DNA of 64,000 nucleotides, taken from Basidiobolus meristosporus CBS 931.73 (lineage: Eukaryota > Fungi > Basidiobolomycota). Numbering within the stretch: the first letter of the stretch is position 1; each line of letters starts with the position of its first letter. Both the position numbers and the translations under genes were made by a program. The notes below the pieces were generated by a model. The model was not told the origin of the DNA. It made no database searches and saw only the letters and a program-made list of their open reading frames with translations. Where the stretch lies: assembly GCA_002104905.1 (NCBI GenBank), contig MCFE01000425.1, positions 1 to 64,000 on the forward strand, given 5' to 3'. This document shows positions 52,669 through 64,000 of this stretch, piece by piece.

Positions 52669-53036
52669 TGTTATGATTTACCACATGAATGTTTACATTA
52701 GCTCAGTTTTTGGTCAAATCCATTAGTTTTATGTTTGGCCTATTAGAATATCAGTGCTATCTACCAAATTAGTAGTATTAATCAGCAGATGAACCAGCAG
52801 ATCCTTACCAGACACAATAAATATTCTAAGTGTGACCTAATTGGGTGATGACAATAGAATCAAATGAGTCATCACCCACAGCCTACATAAGAAAATACAA
52901 TTAGTCAGCTACTGATAAGGCTAAATGTATCTAAGGAGCTGTTAGAACCTCAATAAAAATCAGTTTAAGCTTCAGTGAATACAATACTCTCTGCACTCCC
53001 TATTCCTGTACAATCTGTATACCAAAGCATGTAACA
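52669..53036 (+). repeat. Solo LTR, family 3, TSD CACA/CAGA
   Basis: caca|TGTTATG...GTAACA|caga; reverse-complement homolog of 61537-61902. Confidence 0.7.
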
Positions 53037-53299
53037 CAGAGTAAACTCTTTTCTGAGGTCAGGTATTTTGAGCTTGGCAGGTTAGCATGTTCATTTTAGA
53101 ATATCTGAACAACAGTCTGACAGGCCATGACTGGCTTTTGGTATAGCTTGCTCACTCTTAGCTTCTTCAAGATCTTTCTAGTGTGCACTAATGGTATGTT
53201 TACAAGCTCAAATAGAAAGATATCTGAATATTCCTTCAAAAAGGTCTGTACCTTCTGGGGTGCTGGAGTAGAGGAATTCACCTGCAATATTGAAATGAG

Positions 53300-53850
53300 G
53301 AGCATCTGGGTACCTTTCCTAAGTCCACTACAGTACCGTGTTCTGTCAAGCTCACTTGATTGCCTATACTAGATATGGCAAAGTTAAAATAAAGGCTGGC
53401 AGGTAAAACTTGTAATTCTGTGGTCCTTGTAGATGTAAGTAGCCTGGGTTCTCCTGTTGATTAATAGATTACAACAAAATAGCCAGGTCTTTGCAAGTAC
53501 AAGGTCCAACTTGCTGGTCCCAAGCATGTAGGCCTGTAGGTCCTCTTTACAGTCATTGAACTTCATTCTTACTGGCTGAGTAATATGGCTGATTGTGGAA
53601 AAGTTCTCATCAGCTATAGGAGCTGAAGTTGATTTGATAGGTTCCAAGTTGATTCCAGCTTCCAAGGAAAATTGTTCTGCTGTGCAATTGTGTGCTGCTC
53701 CCAAGTCAATCATAAGAGCTTTCCTGAGTTTGAGGTCATTTGGGATAGGTATATCTCTGTCATATGGAGGGTGAGCACTGAGTCTTGTGCAAGTCATCCT
53801 CTGCTTGACTATGAGCTTGGGAATCAGTATGGCAGAAGTTCTTGTTGAAT
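53300..53850 (-). mobile_element. Ty3/gypsy aspartic protease relic
   Basis: ORF 53384-53797 reads ALMIDLGAAHN...DLVLAKTWL...NLLIN. Confidence 0.7.
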
Positions 53851-54534
53851 GGTGTTCATTTCTTTTCTGAGGGAAGTACCAAGCTCATGGTAAGTTGCAT
53901 CCTGATATGATTTTTGCAAGAAGTATAGGTAAACCCTCAGAGCCCCCATTACTGATATTAGTGGAAATGTGCAACTTCTCTAGCTACAACATTTCATTAC
54001 TCACCAGTAGATTGATTACTAGGTTCAATTGGCTCCATAAAGTATATATGGCATTTGTATTAGCAGGTGTTATCTCATTGCACATTGGGATTTGACTGGG
54101 CTCATACATGGTACTGTTGTTAGGGGAGATAGGCTCACAATCCATCAGTGAGCCTTCTTCCTCAGAGCTATCACTCTGTGTGCCATATTCAAGAGCTGAG
54201 GTGAGCATAAAGGCCTCACTATCACACCTGACTCAGTGTTCACAGAGCAACAAGTACAGCCATATGCTGATATGGAAGTATCAAGTAGTTGGTGAGATAT
54301 TGTTGATACATTGGTGATTGATGAGTGGCCAAATGTCAATTGTGTGACAAAACACTGTCCATGGCTCTGGTAATACTTCCTATGGTGTCTGTGTACTTCA
54401 CGGCCAAGATGCTGGTTACCATAGCCCAAGGTCTTTTCTCTCTTCTCTTGCAGCAATGAATCAAGTGGTCTTTCCATGGGGCAAAAAGTTTAAACTTGGC
54501 AGCATAACAGTATTATATCACTTTCTTGTTGATA

Positions 54535-56839
54535 CTTTGTAAGAGTCTTGGAGATATTGGAAGTGATTGGGAGGATATTTTTGCAATCATTTCATTGGAA
54601 GAACAGTAAATAAGCTAACTAAGTTATTCTCTGTAGCTTCACATACAAAATGACGTCTAATATCTAAGTGCTTAGTTCTAGCACAAAATGTTGGATTTCT
54701 ACCTAATTGTATACATCCCTGATAATCTTGAAATAAAGTAATAAGCATTTTTTGACATAGGCCTCAATCTCTGAAAGCTTTGTTAGCCACATTGCTTCAT
54801 TTGTAGCTTCACAGGCTGCCATATACTCTGCCTTTGTGGGGGAATGTGCTATGATTAATTGCATTCTTGAAACTGTTCCCTGACAGTAAAGAAATGTGAT
54901 CCTGTGGTGGGTCTTCTGTCTTCTAAATTTTGTCCCCAATCAGCTTCAGAGTATGCTACAAGATTCTTTTCTGAATCCTTATAAGTGTATCTTAAGTGGA
55001 TACCAGCAGTTCCTTTCAGATATCTAGAATCTGTCTAACTGCTGTAATATGTTCAGATCCATAGTTCATTTGTTGCTGACTGACAACTGCCACTGAATAT
55101 GAGATTTCTGGTCATGTTCCAAGTACAATATACATTGACTGCCAACCATAAGTGGGTAAGGAAAGTCAGGGCTTTCAGATGGCACCAAACTCTCTTGACT
55201 TGGTTGAGTTTTGACCAATTTATGGTTTGCCTCCATTGGGGTAACTGCCAGATTACAGTCTTCAATTTGGTACTTCTTTAGTATATCATCAATATACTTG
55301 GATTAGCTCAGGGAGCTAGTTGAGGTACTTCTGTCTATGAAGAAGCATATCCCAAGTAGTAACTGGAGTTCTCTTAGATTGGATATTTGAACACTTTAGA
55401 TAGGCTGGATTTAGTCCCTTCCTATGTTACTAAGTAACTGGCAGCTATAATAAGATAACCCACATATAGAGCTAATAGAGCAGGATTTGCTCTATCTGGC
55501 TTATAGTATATACTACCACAAGCATTACTCCTTTGAAACTCAGAGATTCCAAATAAGAATCTATCTTGCAATCCTAGGCTCTTGGTGATTTCCGGAGACC
55601 ACTTGAAAATATTTCAAGCTTACAAACCAAATAGGGTTTATCCTGGTCAACAAATCAATCAGGCCAACACATATATATTTCCTCATTAAGTTCTCTGTTC
55701 AAGAATGCAATTTACATCCATTTCATGTATGAAAAGCCAACATTTTGCTGCAACAGCCAATATCAATCTGAAGTATTTAAACTTGGCTCCCAGTACAAAG
55801 GTCTCAGTAGAGTCAAGTACTTTTGTTTGAGAGTATCCTTTCTCTACAAGTCTTGCTTCCTATCTTTCAATTGACTATCAGACTTATATTTTGTCTTAAA
55901 GATCCATCTGCAGCTAATTGATTTTGGGTTGATTTGTAACTTAACTAAGCCCCAAGTTTGATCTTCTATCAGGGCCGGATGTTCCTAAGTCATTGCAGAT
56001 ATCCATAACTTTGTCTGAGGGCTATTTAAGGCTCTTTTACAGTCTGGAGCTCATCAATATGTACTGAGTAGGCATATGCTAAGTTTGCACCCTTGTTGAT
56101 ATACTAATTTGGGCTATTTCTTGTCTAGTTGGATCTCCTGGGATCTGGTGCTGTAATAATCACTTCTAGTTTATTCCTGGGCACCAATTCTAGTTGGGCC
56201 ACAGATTTAGAGTCCTCTGAAGCGAAAAGGTTTGCATAGCTTGGATCCAATTTAATCCCAACTATTGGTAGACATGAATTTCAAATATTTGTCATCATCT
56301 GAAGCCATTTTTATGAAAATGTCAATTTTTGATCAAACAACAAATCTCTGGACTTGATCAGCTTCTTTGTATTGGTATTGCAGAGTCTTTATGCCTTAAT
56401 CTCATTACAATAACCCAAAAATATGCATTTTACATTTTTGGTTCAAATTTGACAGATTTCCCAGCATTTTCTTGGCATATGCTGTACACCCACATATTTG
56501 TAGATGTTCTGCGCTTGGTCTGTGTCCATGTCATGCTTTAAATGGAGTAGAATCACAAAGTACCCTGTTATAACTTCTATTTTTGAGGTATACAGTTGTG
56601 GCAACTGACTCAACCCAATAATCATGAAATAATTTTTGACCATGGACCATTGATCTTGGCATATCAGCTTGTGCTCTGTTAGCACATACTGCTACGCCAT
56701 TTGCTGTGTGGAGCATGGTCAGAATATTCCAAGTAAATTGCAACAAGGTACTTGGTCAATATATACTAGGATTTGAAGGTAATGATCTGAGTGACTAAGT
56801 TAGCTGTATACTTTGGTGGAATTATGAATTTTTGCAAGA
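54535..56839 (-). mobile_element. Internally deleted copia (same LTR family as 22279) inserted in the spacer of a further CMC fragment (53880-54534 and 56840-56970)
   Basis: LTR fragments at both ends (54539-54577 matches 22570-22606); RT motif EARLVEKGYSQ...TETFV...IHEMDV at ~55690-55880; RNase H relic at ~54620-55000. Confidence 0.75.
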
Positions 56840-56978
56840 AGCACATATATGAGCTTAAGAAAGTATTGCAGCTGAAACTTTGCACCTACATGAATGCAAG
56901 ATTCAAGGATGACAAGCCATGGTAGGTGTTGCAAATAAAGCTGGGGCACAACATACACATATATACATATCCCTATCT

Positions 56979-59000
56979 TGTTGCAATGTATGAAGTGCTA
57001 TGGATGTATGGTACTTATTACAAATAGTGATAATAGTGGAAATGCTGCCCTTTGTAAAGAAATTCCGTATTTATACCTTTGTAGAAGTAATATAGCTGTA
57101 ATACTAAGTAAGGAGGAATTCTTAACACTCAGGATCATTCTGTAACAGCTTTAGGGTTAGTACATATTGTTTTGTAAAAGTACTGATTTGATCTTGTCTA
57201 TTACAGAATAATCATATAATCATAGATCTGAAAGCAGTTGCAAATCTATTGCTGTGAGTTAGTCCTACAGTGACCAAGACTAGTCTGGAGTTGTTAGGTA
57301 GACCTTCAGCTGCTAAGTGATAGTAAATAGAATAATATTTTAACACCCCCTCTCAACTAAATAACTCACTAATCCTAGTTCCTCTTTGAGATTTTCAAAA
57401 TGTGACCTAGTTAGTGGTTTTGTCAATATGTCTTCCATTCTTTTGTCATTTGGGCTGTAAACTAACTCTACTGAGTTATTTTCTGTGGCTTCCCTCACAA
57501 CATAGTGCTTTATATCTATGCGCTTAGCTCTGGTATGATTGGTAGTATTTCTGGCTAATGAAATACAACCTTGATTATCCTTGTAAATACAAGTTGGTTC
57601 AATTATATTAAAACCTGAGCCTTTGAGTAGTTTTTGTGGTCATACAGCCTTCTTTGTTGCTTGACAAGCAGACACATATTCAGCTTTGGTTGTAGATAGG
57701 GCCACAGCTGGTTGTATGTTGAAATTCCAAGAAACAGCTGCACCAGCATAAAGAAATACATACCCATTGATAGAGAGTGATCCCATCAGATCCCTACCCC
57801 AAACTGAATCACTATAACAACCAAATCACTGCAAATTAGCTGCTCCACAGTTTTCCAGTACCATATTTATGGTACCTTGTAGATATCTGAAAATAAGCTT
57901 AACTGCGGCTGTATGACCTGATCCATAGCTCTAAATGAGTTGACTGATTCTTCTAACTGCCATTGCAATATCTGGACCAATAGACACCACTAATTACATC
58001 ATATTACTAAACATTGACTGATAGGGAAGCTTTTTGTCTAGATATGAGCCATTTTCACCTGAAACTGGCTGAGATTTGCTCAATTTCAAGATATTGTCCA
58101 TAGGGTTAGCTGCAGGCTTGCAACTTTTGGTTTGAAGCATCTAAAAGTGTCCCCAATGTACCCACAGTGATTCAGCAAAATACTTATTGCAGGTATGTCA
58201 ATTTGACTACAACTTCAAGAAAATAGCTCTATTTTCCAAGATCTTTCATGGGAAACCAACTGAAGAGATCTGATTATATCTGTTTGAGTGCTTCCTGGTC
58301 ACTAGTAGCTATTATTAGGTCATCTACATATAGATCCAGGATGAACGCACCCTATTTAACTGTTTCACAAGTATACTTCTATATGCAGGGCTACAAATGA
58401 ACCCAATCTCATCTAGATATGTGTGAATCTTGTTATGCTGTGCTTGGGGCGGCTGCTTAAGCTTATACAACAAGTTTCTGAGTCTGCACACCTTATGGGG
58501 GTGTTTTGAATTGACAAAGTTTCATAAGTCTGCATACCTTATGAGCGCTGTTTGGACCAGCAAAGCCTTTGGGTTGCTCTATATACATTGTTCTGCAGAT
58601 CCCCATTTAGAAAGGGTGCTTTAATGTCCATTTGATGTAGATCTAGACTGTGGACAGCTGCTAGGGCCAGAACTGTTGTAATGGAGTTAAACTTGGCAAC
58701 CAGAACAAATGCTCATTAAAGTCCAGTCTCTGCATCTGGGAATAGCCTTGAGCCACCAATCTGGCCTTGTACTTATAATGGTAATGTTTGAAGTTCTCTT
58801 GATCTTATAGACCCATCTACATTGTATTGGCTTTCTCCTATTTGGTAAATCTACCAGTTCCCATGTTTTTGCAACAATTAGTGATTGGTTTGCCTGCTGC
58901 ATGGCTTGTTGCCACATGGTAGCATCTGGACCTTGCGTTGCTTGTTCCATATCTCCTAACTGGGATAAGTTGCTATGATCTGGAACTAGTAGAACTATCA
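56979..59000 (-). mobile_element. Copia RT-RNase H relic with PPT and 3' LTR (56979-57345), a different family
   Basis: WQQAMQ...TWELVDLPNRRKPIQCRWVYKIK; EDILTKPLTRSHFENLKEELGL; PPT TTGAGAGGGGG, then TGTTA...GCAACA. Confidence 0.88.
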
Positions 59001-59812
59001 TCTCTATCTGGCTAAGCTAGATATGTATCTTCTTCATTAATGTTGAATACATCATCAGTCAGCTGTCCAATGATATCAGTAGCTTTCTGACCTGATGGGA
59101 CCCAGAAGATGGTGAACTATGCCTGAATAGGGTGAAGCCAGAGGAAACTCTGGTAGAGGCTTGTAGCAATTCTGACGTGCAAATTGATCATCAAATTTGG
59201 GTATAGGGGCAAAAGACTAATCAAACCATCTAGTAGCTGGTTCCGGCCAAAGTTTCCCTCAAGATAGCAGAAACTCATTGAACAGCTTTATGAGGTAAAG
59301 CAAATGATTAGAGGACTTAGGGATGAAACATCTTTAACCTATTCTCAAACTTTAAATATGTAAGACGTCCATGTTGCTTAATTGAACATGGACTATCAAA
59401 TGAGAGTTTCTAGTGGGCCATTTTTGGTAAGCAGAACTGGCAATGCAGCATGAACCAAACAAAATATGAATGCAATATTTTTCAATACTTTTTGCGTGGT
59501 GTTCCAATGGGGGCAATACCTCTTGGTCACAGTACTTTATTCTTGTGATGGCCTCTGACCAGATCATCTCAATTACTTTTCTTAGGGGTAGCAATTGCTG
59601 TACCTTTGTTAGAAGTCCAGCAAATGACTGTCATAACATTAGTATAAGCAGTATTAACAAATATGCTGTCAGCCTGTACCAGAGCAACAGTGAGGCAATT
59701 AGGTGCAGTAGCTGATAGGATAGATGCAAATAGCAATATAAGGAAGTAGCCAAGACATTGGAAGGGCCAATAATATTAGTAGTGCAATCAATATCCCTAG
59801 CTGAGAATGAAA

Positions 59813-60437
59813 CAGACTTGTTCCACTGGATAGCATTGCATTAAGCATGAGTGCCAAATGATGCTATTGTGTGTCAAGGAGGCCAAGTGAGCCTATACTT
59901 GGACATTGGGTGTGCAACATAGCTCTTCATCTTCATGCAAAGCTGCCCCTGTGTTTCAACCATTGTACTGGCAAAAATCCATTCTTCAATCTTTTTTGGG
60001 GATCAGTGCTGTGCAGGATGTGAAAGAGCACAAATTAAATGAAGATGCTGTATCTAAGTACAAGCCCTCATGTAAAACCTATAAAAAGCACTTGTAGTGC
60101 CAGAGAGTACCAGTTAACCAAGATAGTGGCATGCATTTTTGTGACATGATACAAGTCTCAGGAGCTAGATTCAGAGTGCCATGGGTATTGAATACCAGAT
60201 GTATGTCTTGATTCATTTTGTCCTCTAATACATCCTACACAGCACTGCTCCAAATAAAAAGTCAAAAATGGACTTCCTCCAGCATAACAGGTGAAACACA
60301 GGGGCTGCTTCCATGAAGTTGAAGAGCAGTGTTTCACACTCAGTAGCCAAGTTTAGGTCTGCTATGCCTCTATGGCACACAATGGCACTATCCAGCACTC
60401 ATGACTCAATATGGCACTATCCAATGGAACAGATCTG
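59813..60437. mobile_element. Second copy of the foldback element (left arm partly deleted), inserted into a CMC ORF2 relic
   Basis: Termini CAGACTTGTTCC...GGAACAGATCTG; arms homologous to 35701-37604. The flanks (59690-59812, 60438-60650) align to 43630-43950. Confidence 0.78.
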
Positions 60438-61536
60438 GTATATAAGCTGCAAAGAAGGTACTCAGGTAGCTCAGTTTCACTGCACAAGTTAAGCCATTTC
60501 TCAATGTGACAGCAGAGGAACACCTTGTAGACTTTTAAGCTGAACCACTGTGCTCAAAGATGAAGCCTCTGCAAACTCTATCAGAGTATGAAAGAGCAAA
60601 ACTGTGGTACTTAAACCAATACCCAGAAAAAATACATTGAAGATCCAAGAAGTTGTTCAGTGCAGCAATGGAGAGTTGGCTATTATTTCCCAGTGAAAAA
60701 AACTGCAACAATTGCACCAAGAAGCCAACTCAGAAATAATGTCCTTAGAATAAGAGTTATTGATATCTTCAGGACACCTTGCAAAGACTGTTGAAGATTG
60801 ATTGCACACAAGATTTCTCAAATTCTTAACCAGAACTTTTGATCACAACAATACATAAGTGGCTTTTGATTGCACTTCTGCCAATCTCTCACTGTCTTTT
60901 CCAGACACTCAATCACCACCTACATTTGTGCTCATTGATTGGCTGTTGTCTCTTTTTCACACTCTTTACTCCCTGACGCAGTTGGTTATCTTGCTTTTCA
61001 TGCATACAAAATGATTCAATTCCATCAACACTTCAGTTGTGCCTCAGTTGCCAATTGTAATGATCAATACAAGTCCTTGTACCCAACACCAACATCAAGC
61101 CTAACATTACACTTAACAAGTAACTCCATTAACATCCACCATTCAATAATTATTTCTGCAGTAACATCTTTTTTTAAGACTTTGGCAGGAACCTGGTGGT
61201 TTTGTGCTCTTCAGCATTCACTGGATCCCATATGTTTTGGTCTTCAGCCAGCACTGCAAGCTTGAGCACCTCATATGCCAGTCCTTGCAATAAATTGTTG
61301 CAATATTCAAATGTAACTTCCTGGCCACTACTAATTAAGAAGTGCTACAACTGCTTTGGTATGCCTATTAATATTCCAAAGCTCCACCGCAGGCATTGTG
61401 ATAGTCTTTTGAGTTCTTGAAGTTGTTACTTGTCTTTCAGTGGGATCTTAACTTTGTCTATAATGGAGGATGTGTGGGCAGTAGTCAACAAATTATTATC
61501 CTATGCATACTGATCTATCTCACTGGAGTGTAGCTC

Positions 61537-61902
61537 TGTTACAAGTCTTGGTATAAGAGTTGTAGAGGAATAGGGAGTTTAGCTAGTTTTGTATTCACTA
61601 AAACTTGAACTGATTTTTATTGATGTTCCAGCAGCTCATTATAAACATTTTGCCAGATCAATTGCTGACTAATTGTATTCCCTAATGTAGGTTGTGGCTG
61701 ATGACTCACTTGATTGCATCATCATCATCCAATAAGATCCTACTTAATATATCTATTTCTGTCTGATAAGGATCTGCTGATTCATTTGCTGACTAATGCT
61801 ACTGATTTCATAGATAATACTGATATACTGATAACCTAAACTTAAACTAATTGATTTGAAAAAACTGATCTAACTTAAATATTTAAGTGGCAGATCGTAA
61901 CA
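61537..61902 (-). repeat. Solo LTR, family 3, TSD GCTC
   Basis: gctc|TGTTACAAG...CGTAACA|gctc; removal restores the ORF2 sequence seen at ~44565-44590. Confidence 0.88.
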
Positions 61903-62124
61903 GCTCAACTGACTGGACTTCTAACACTTGAGAAAAATGGTTTCTTGTTGGTAATGCTTCTTGACTAAGATGCAATTTAGCCGCATCTGGAAAAATTGCA
62001 TTAACTTGTGATAACTACATCTTTTTTTGACACTGCCTTGTCTCCTGCTTGGGTTGACCTTTTTCTCTTTACCTTTACCTTTATCACTGACAAGTCTCTC
62101 ACTGTTACTTTGGCTGAATGCTTC

Positions 62125-63307
62125 TGTTGTGTTGAATTATGATTAGTTTAGGGTTGTTGCACAATTTAGAGACTGATCAGCAATATACAAGATCCTCCAG
62201 TATGCTAGTACTGAAAAGATTTGTTGGAAGACATATATGCCAATAGAAGATACAGCTTTAACAAGCATCCCCAATCTTATACTCAATATATACTATAAGC
62301 ACTGGTTCTCACTTCTACAGCTGTATTCTAACCATTTACTTACAGTTGGGCTTATGTGCATTTAAAGTCACTATTCCTTACTTGAAAGTCACTTTCTTTT
62401 CTGAATGAATACTTCCTTATTTGAAAATTCAGAACACTTCTTCAACCCAAAGGGGTGTAGTGAAAGGGTCACTAGTTATAAAGAGGTGTCCAATTGAGTA
62501 TCTTCTGAACAAAGTGGCTTCTTACTGTAGTTTCTAAAATTGGCCTTATGCTAGAGTGGTGCCTAAAGTGGTTTCTGAAAGGCATCCCTAGACTAAAGTG
62601 ATGCTTCAAAGTGAAGAGGTTTCTCAGATGGGACTTTGCCAACAGAGAAATGGTAGTATTCTGGTAGAACTTGGATTGGATTTTTATGAGCCTTGCATTC
62701 TCTTTAGTGATATAGTACCAATCAAGTTCAAAATACTCAACAGTGCTAGTGATACTGGGGAAGTCTTATAACCTTTCATCTTGTAATGGTAGTGTAGATA
62801 ATCTGGAAAGAGAGGCTCTGCTTTATTTGTCAGCTGTATAAGTTATTCATATAAAAATTCTGAAGGATCATAGTATTTGGACAGTGCCCAGGCAATAAAC
62901 ATGATACACAGCTAAGATTTTGCAGTGGCACAGATGAGCCATAGGAGAAGCACCCTAGAAGATATTTCATGACCTAATTAGCTGGTTAAAAGTTACATGC
63001 AGCTGAAGTCACTATAATAATCCTAAAAATGAATGCCTGGTTTATATGGTTATAGGACTCTTTGATCATAATTCCTCAAACACTGCGTCAAGTAAGCTGT
63101 AATTTGAAGAATGTATTGGCTACTGAGTGTTCTTTATGACATGATATTCTTAGATGGGCAGCTTGTCAGAATGTTGAGTGTTGTCCCTCCAAGTTGGAAA
63201 TTTGTGATCTCTCATTTGAGGGTTACAAAAGCAAATGGCAAAATAAAGAAATAAGTACAAAAGTGGTTGTGAGATGTTGTGTTAATGGCATACTTTCCAT
63301 TACCATA
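62125..63307 (-). repeat. Solo LTR, family 1, copy D (older), TSD CTTC/CATC
   Basis: cttc|TGTTGTGTTG...ATTACCATA|catc; reverse complement of copy A, more diverged. Confidence 0.82.
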
Positions 63308-63929
63308 CATCCTGTGTTGTATTCTACATTCTCCTTGATGAATGCTGCACTGGTGAAACCATACTTGCCTGCTTATCCCTTGCTGGCACTCCCCAAGCAA
63401 CCTGACATTTCTTTGATGCTTGCCTGGAATTATCAGCCATTCTAGTGATGGGTTCCTGAGAGGGCTGTAGGTTTTATCACTGTAAAGGCCTTCACTGCTA
63501 CTTCTACTGATTGCTTCTTGTATTGAAATATGTTTTATCCTTGAGAAGAACTTTGTTGATGCATCTCTTTCTGCCTGCCTGTCCCTAGCTGGCACTCCTC
63601 TGACCAACTATTGCTCTTCAAATTTGGTGTGCTGATCCTCTGCTGTTATATCAGGGTTGTATTCAAAAGGAAAGAGCCATAAAACACTTGAATGGTTGAA
63701 TTGAAACTTGGTGACAACTAAATGCAAAATCTTGGAATTGTCACAGAGTGACAGAAATATTAGCAGAGGTTATAGTCTAATGTTGATCTTGCATATAGCT
63801 GAGTTTGGCTACAAAGGCAACAGAGTTGATTTGCTATGCAGGCTAGACCTTATGTTCTTGGGAGTGCTAGATATGCTAAACCTGGGTAAAAGCAAGAACA
63901 CAATTGTTAAATTCTTAACTTTGCTGAGG

Positions 63930-64000
63930 CACAATCTCCATTTGGTGTAGATCCAGACTGTGTACAGCTGCCAGAGCTAGAACTGTCCTAATGGAGTTAT
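63930..64000 (-). mobile_element. Short copia RT fragment at the window edge
   Basis: The minus strand reads NSIRTVLALAAVHSLDLHQM and matches 58630-58690. Confidence 0.7.

Larger units (their letters stand above)
60745..63660 (-). mobile_element. CMC right end and ORF2 C-terminal relic on minus, carrying two solo LTRs
   Basis: The reverse complement matches 44290-45500; ORF 63212-63607 (VPARDRQ...SDK) resembles 31666-31947. Confidence 0.7.

Noticed and set aside
21800-64000. Classical CpA-targeted RIP
   Set aside because: CA/TG dinucleotides remain plentiful in the repeats; the visible loss is of CG.

Overview
Eukaryotic (fungal) genomic DNA, most likely from an early-diverging lineage with a transposon-inflated genome. 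The taxon is an inference from the short-intron, multi-exon genes and the transposon types. The window has three zones. (1) 1-~3.8 kb: the 3' end of a chromodomain Ty3/gypsy element with its LTR, plus a Ty1/copia relic. (2) ~3.8-21.8 kb: a CpG-rich gene island with a KIN1/MARK-like kinase, an internally deleted long-chain acyl-CoA synthetase pseudogene, ATP7, a CAF-1 large subunit that appears to lack its acidic histone-binding domain, a 10-finger TFIIIA, UBP15/USP7 and a GC-rich, secreted, 8-Cys CFEM-like protein. (3) ~21.8-64 kb: a strongly CpG-depleted, nested transposon graveyard. It holds several decayed copia and Ty3 elements, three unrelated solo-LTR families whose resolvable TSDs are all 4 bp, a ~750-bp foldback element in two copies, and several copies of a CMC/CACTA-type DNA transposon (CCCTATGA termini, 3-bp TSD) carrying a Tnp2 transposase and an unknown ORF head-to-head. 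Exon structures and element boundaries were read by eye, so coordinates inside decayed elements are approximate. No tRNA, rRNA or CRISPR array was recognised.
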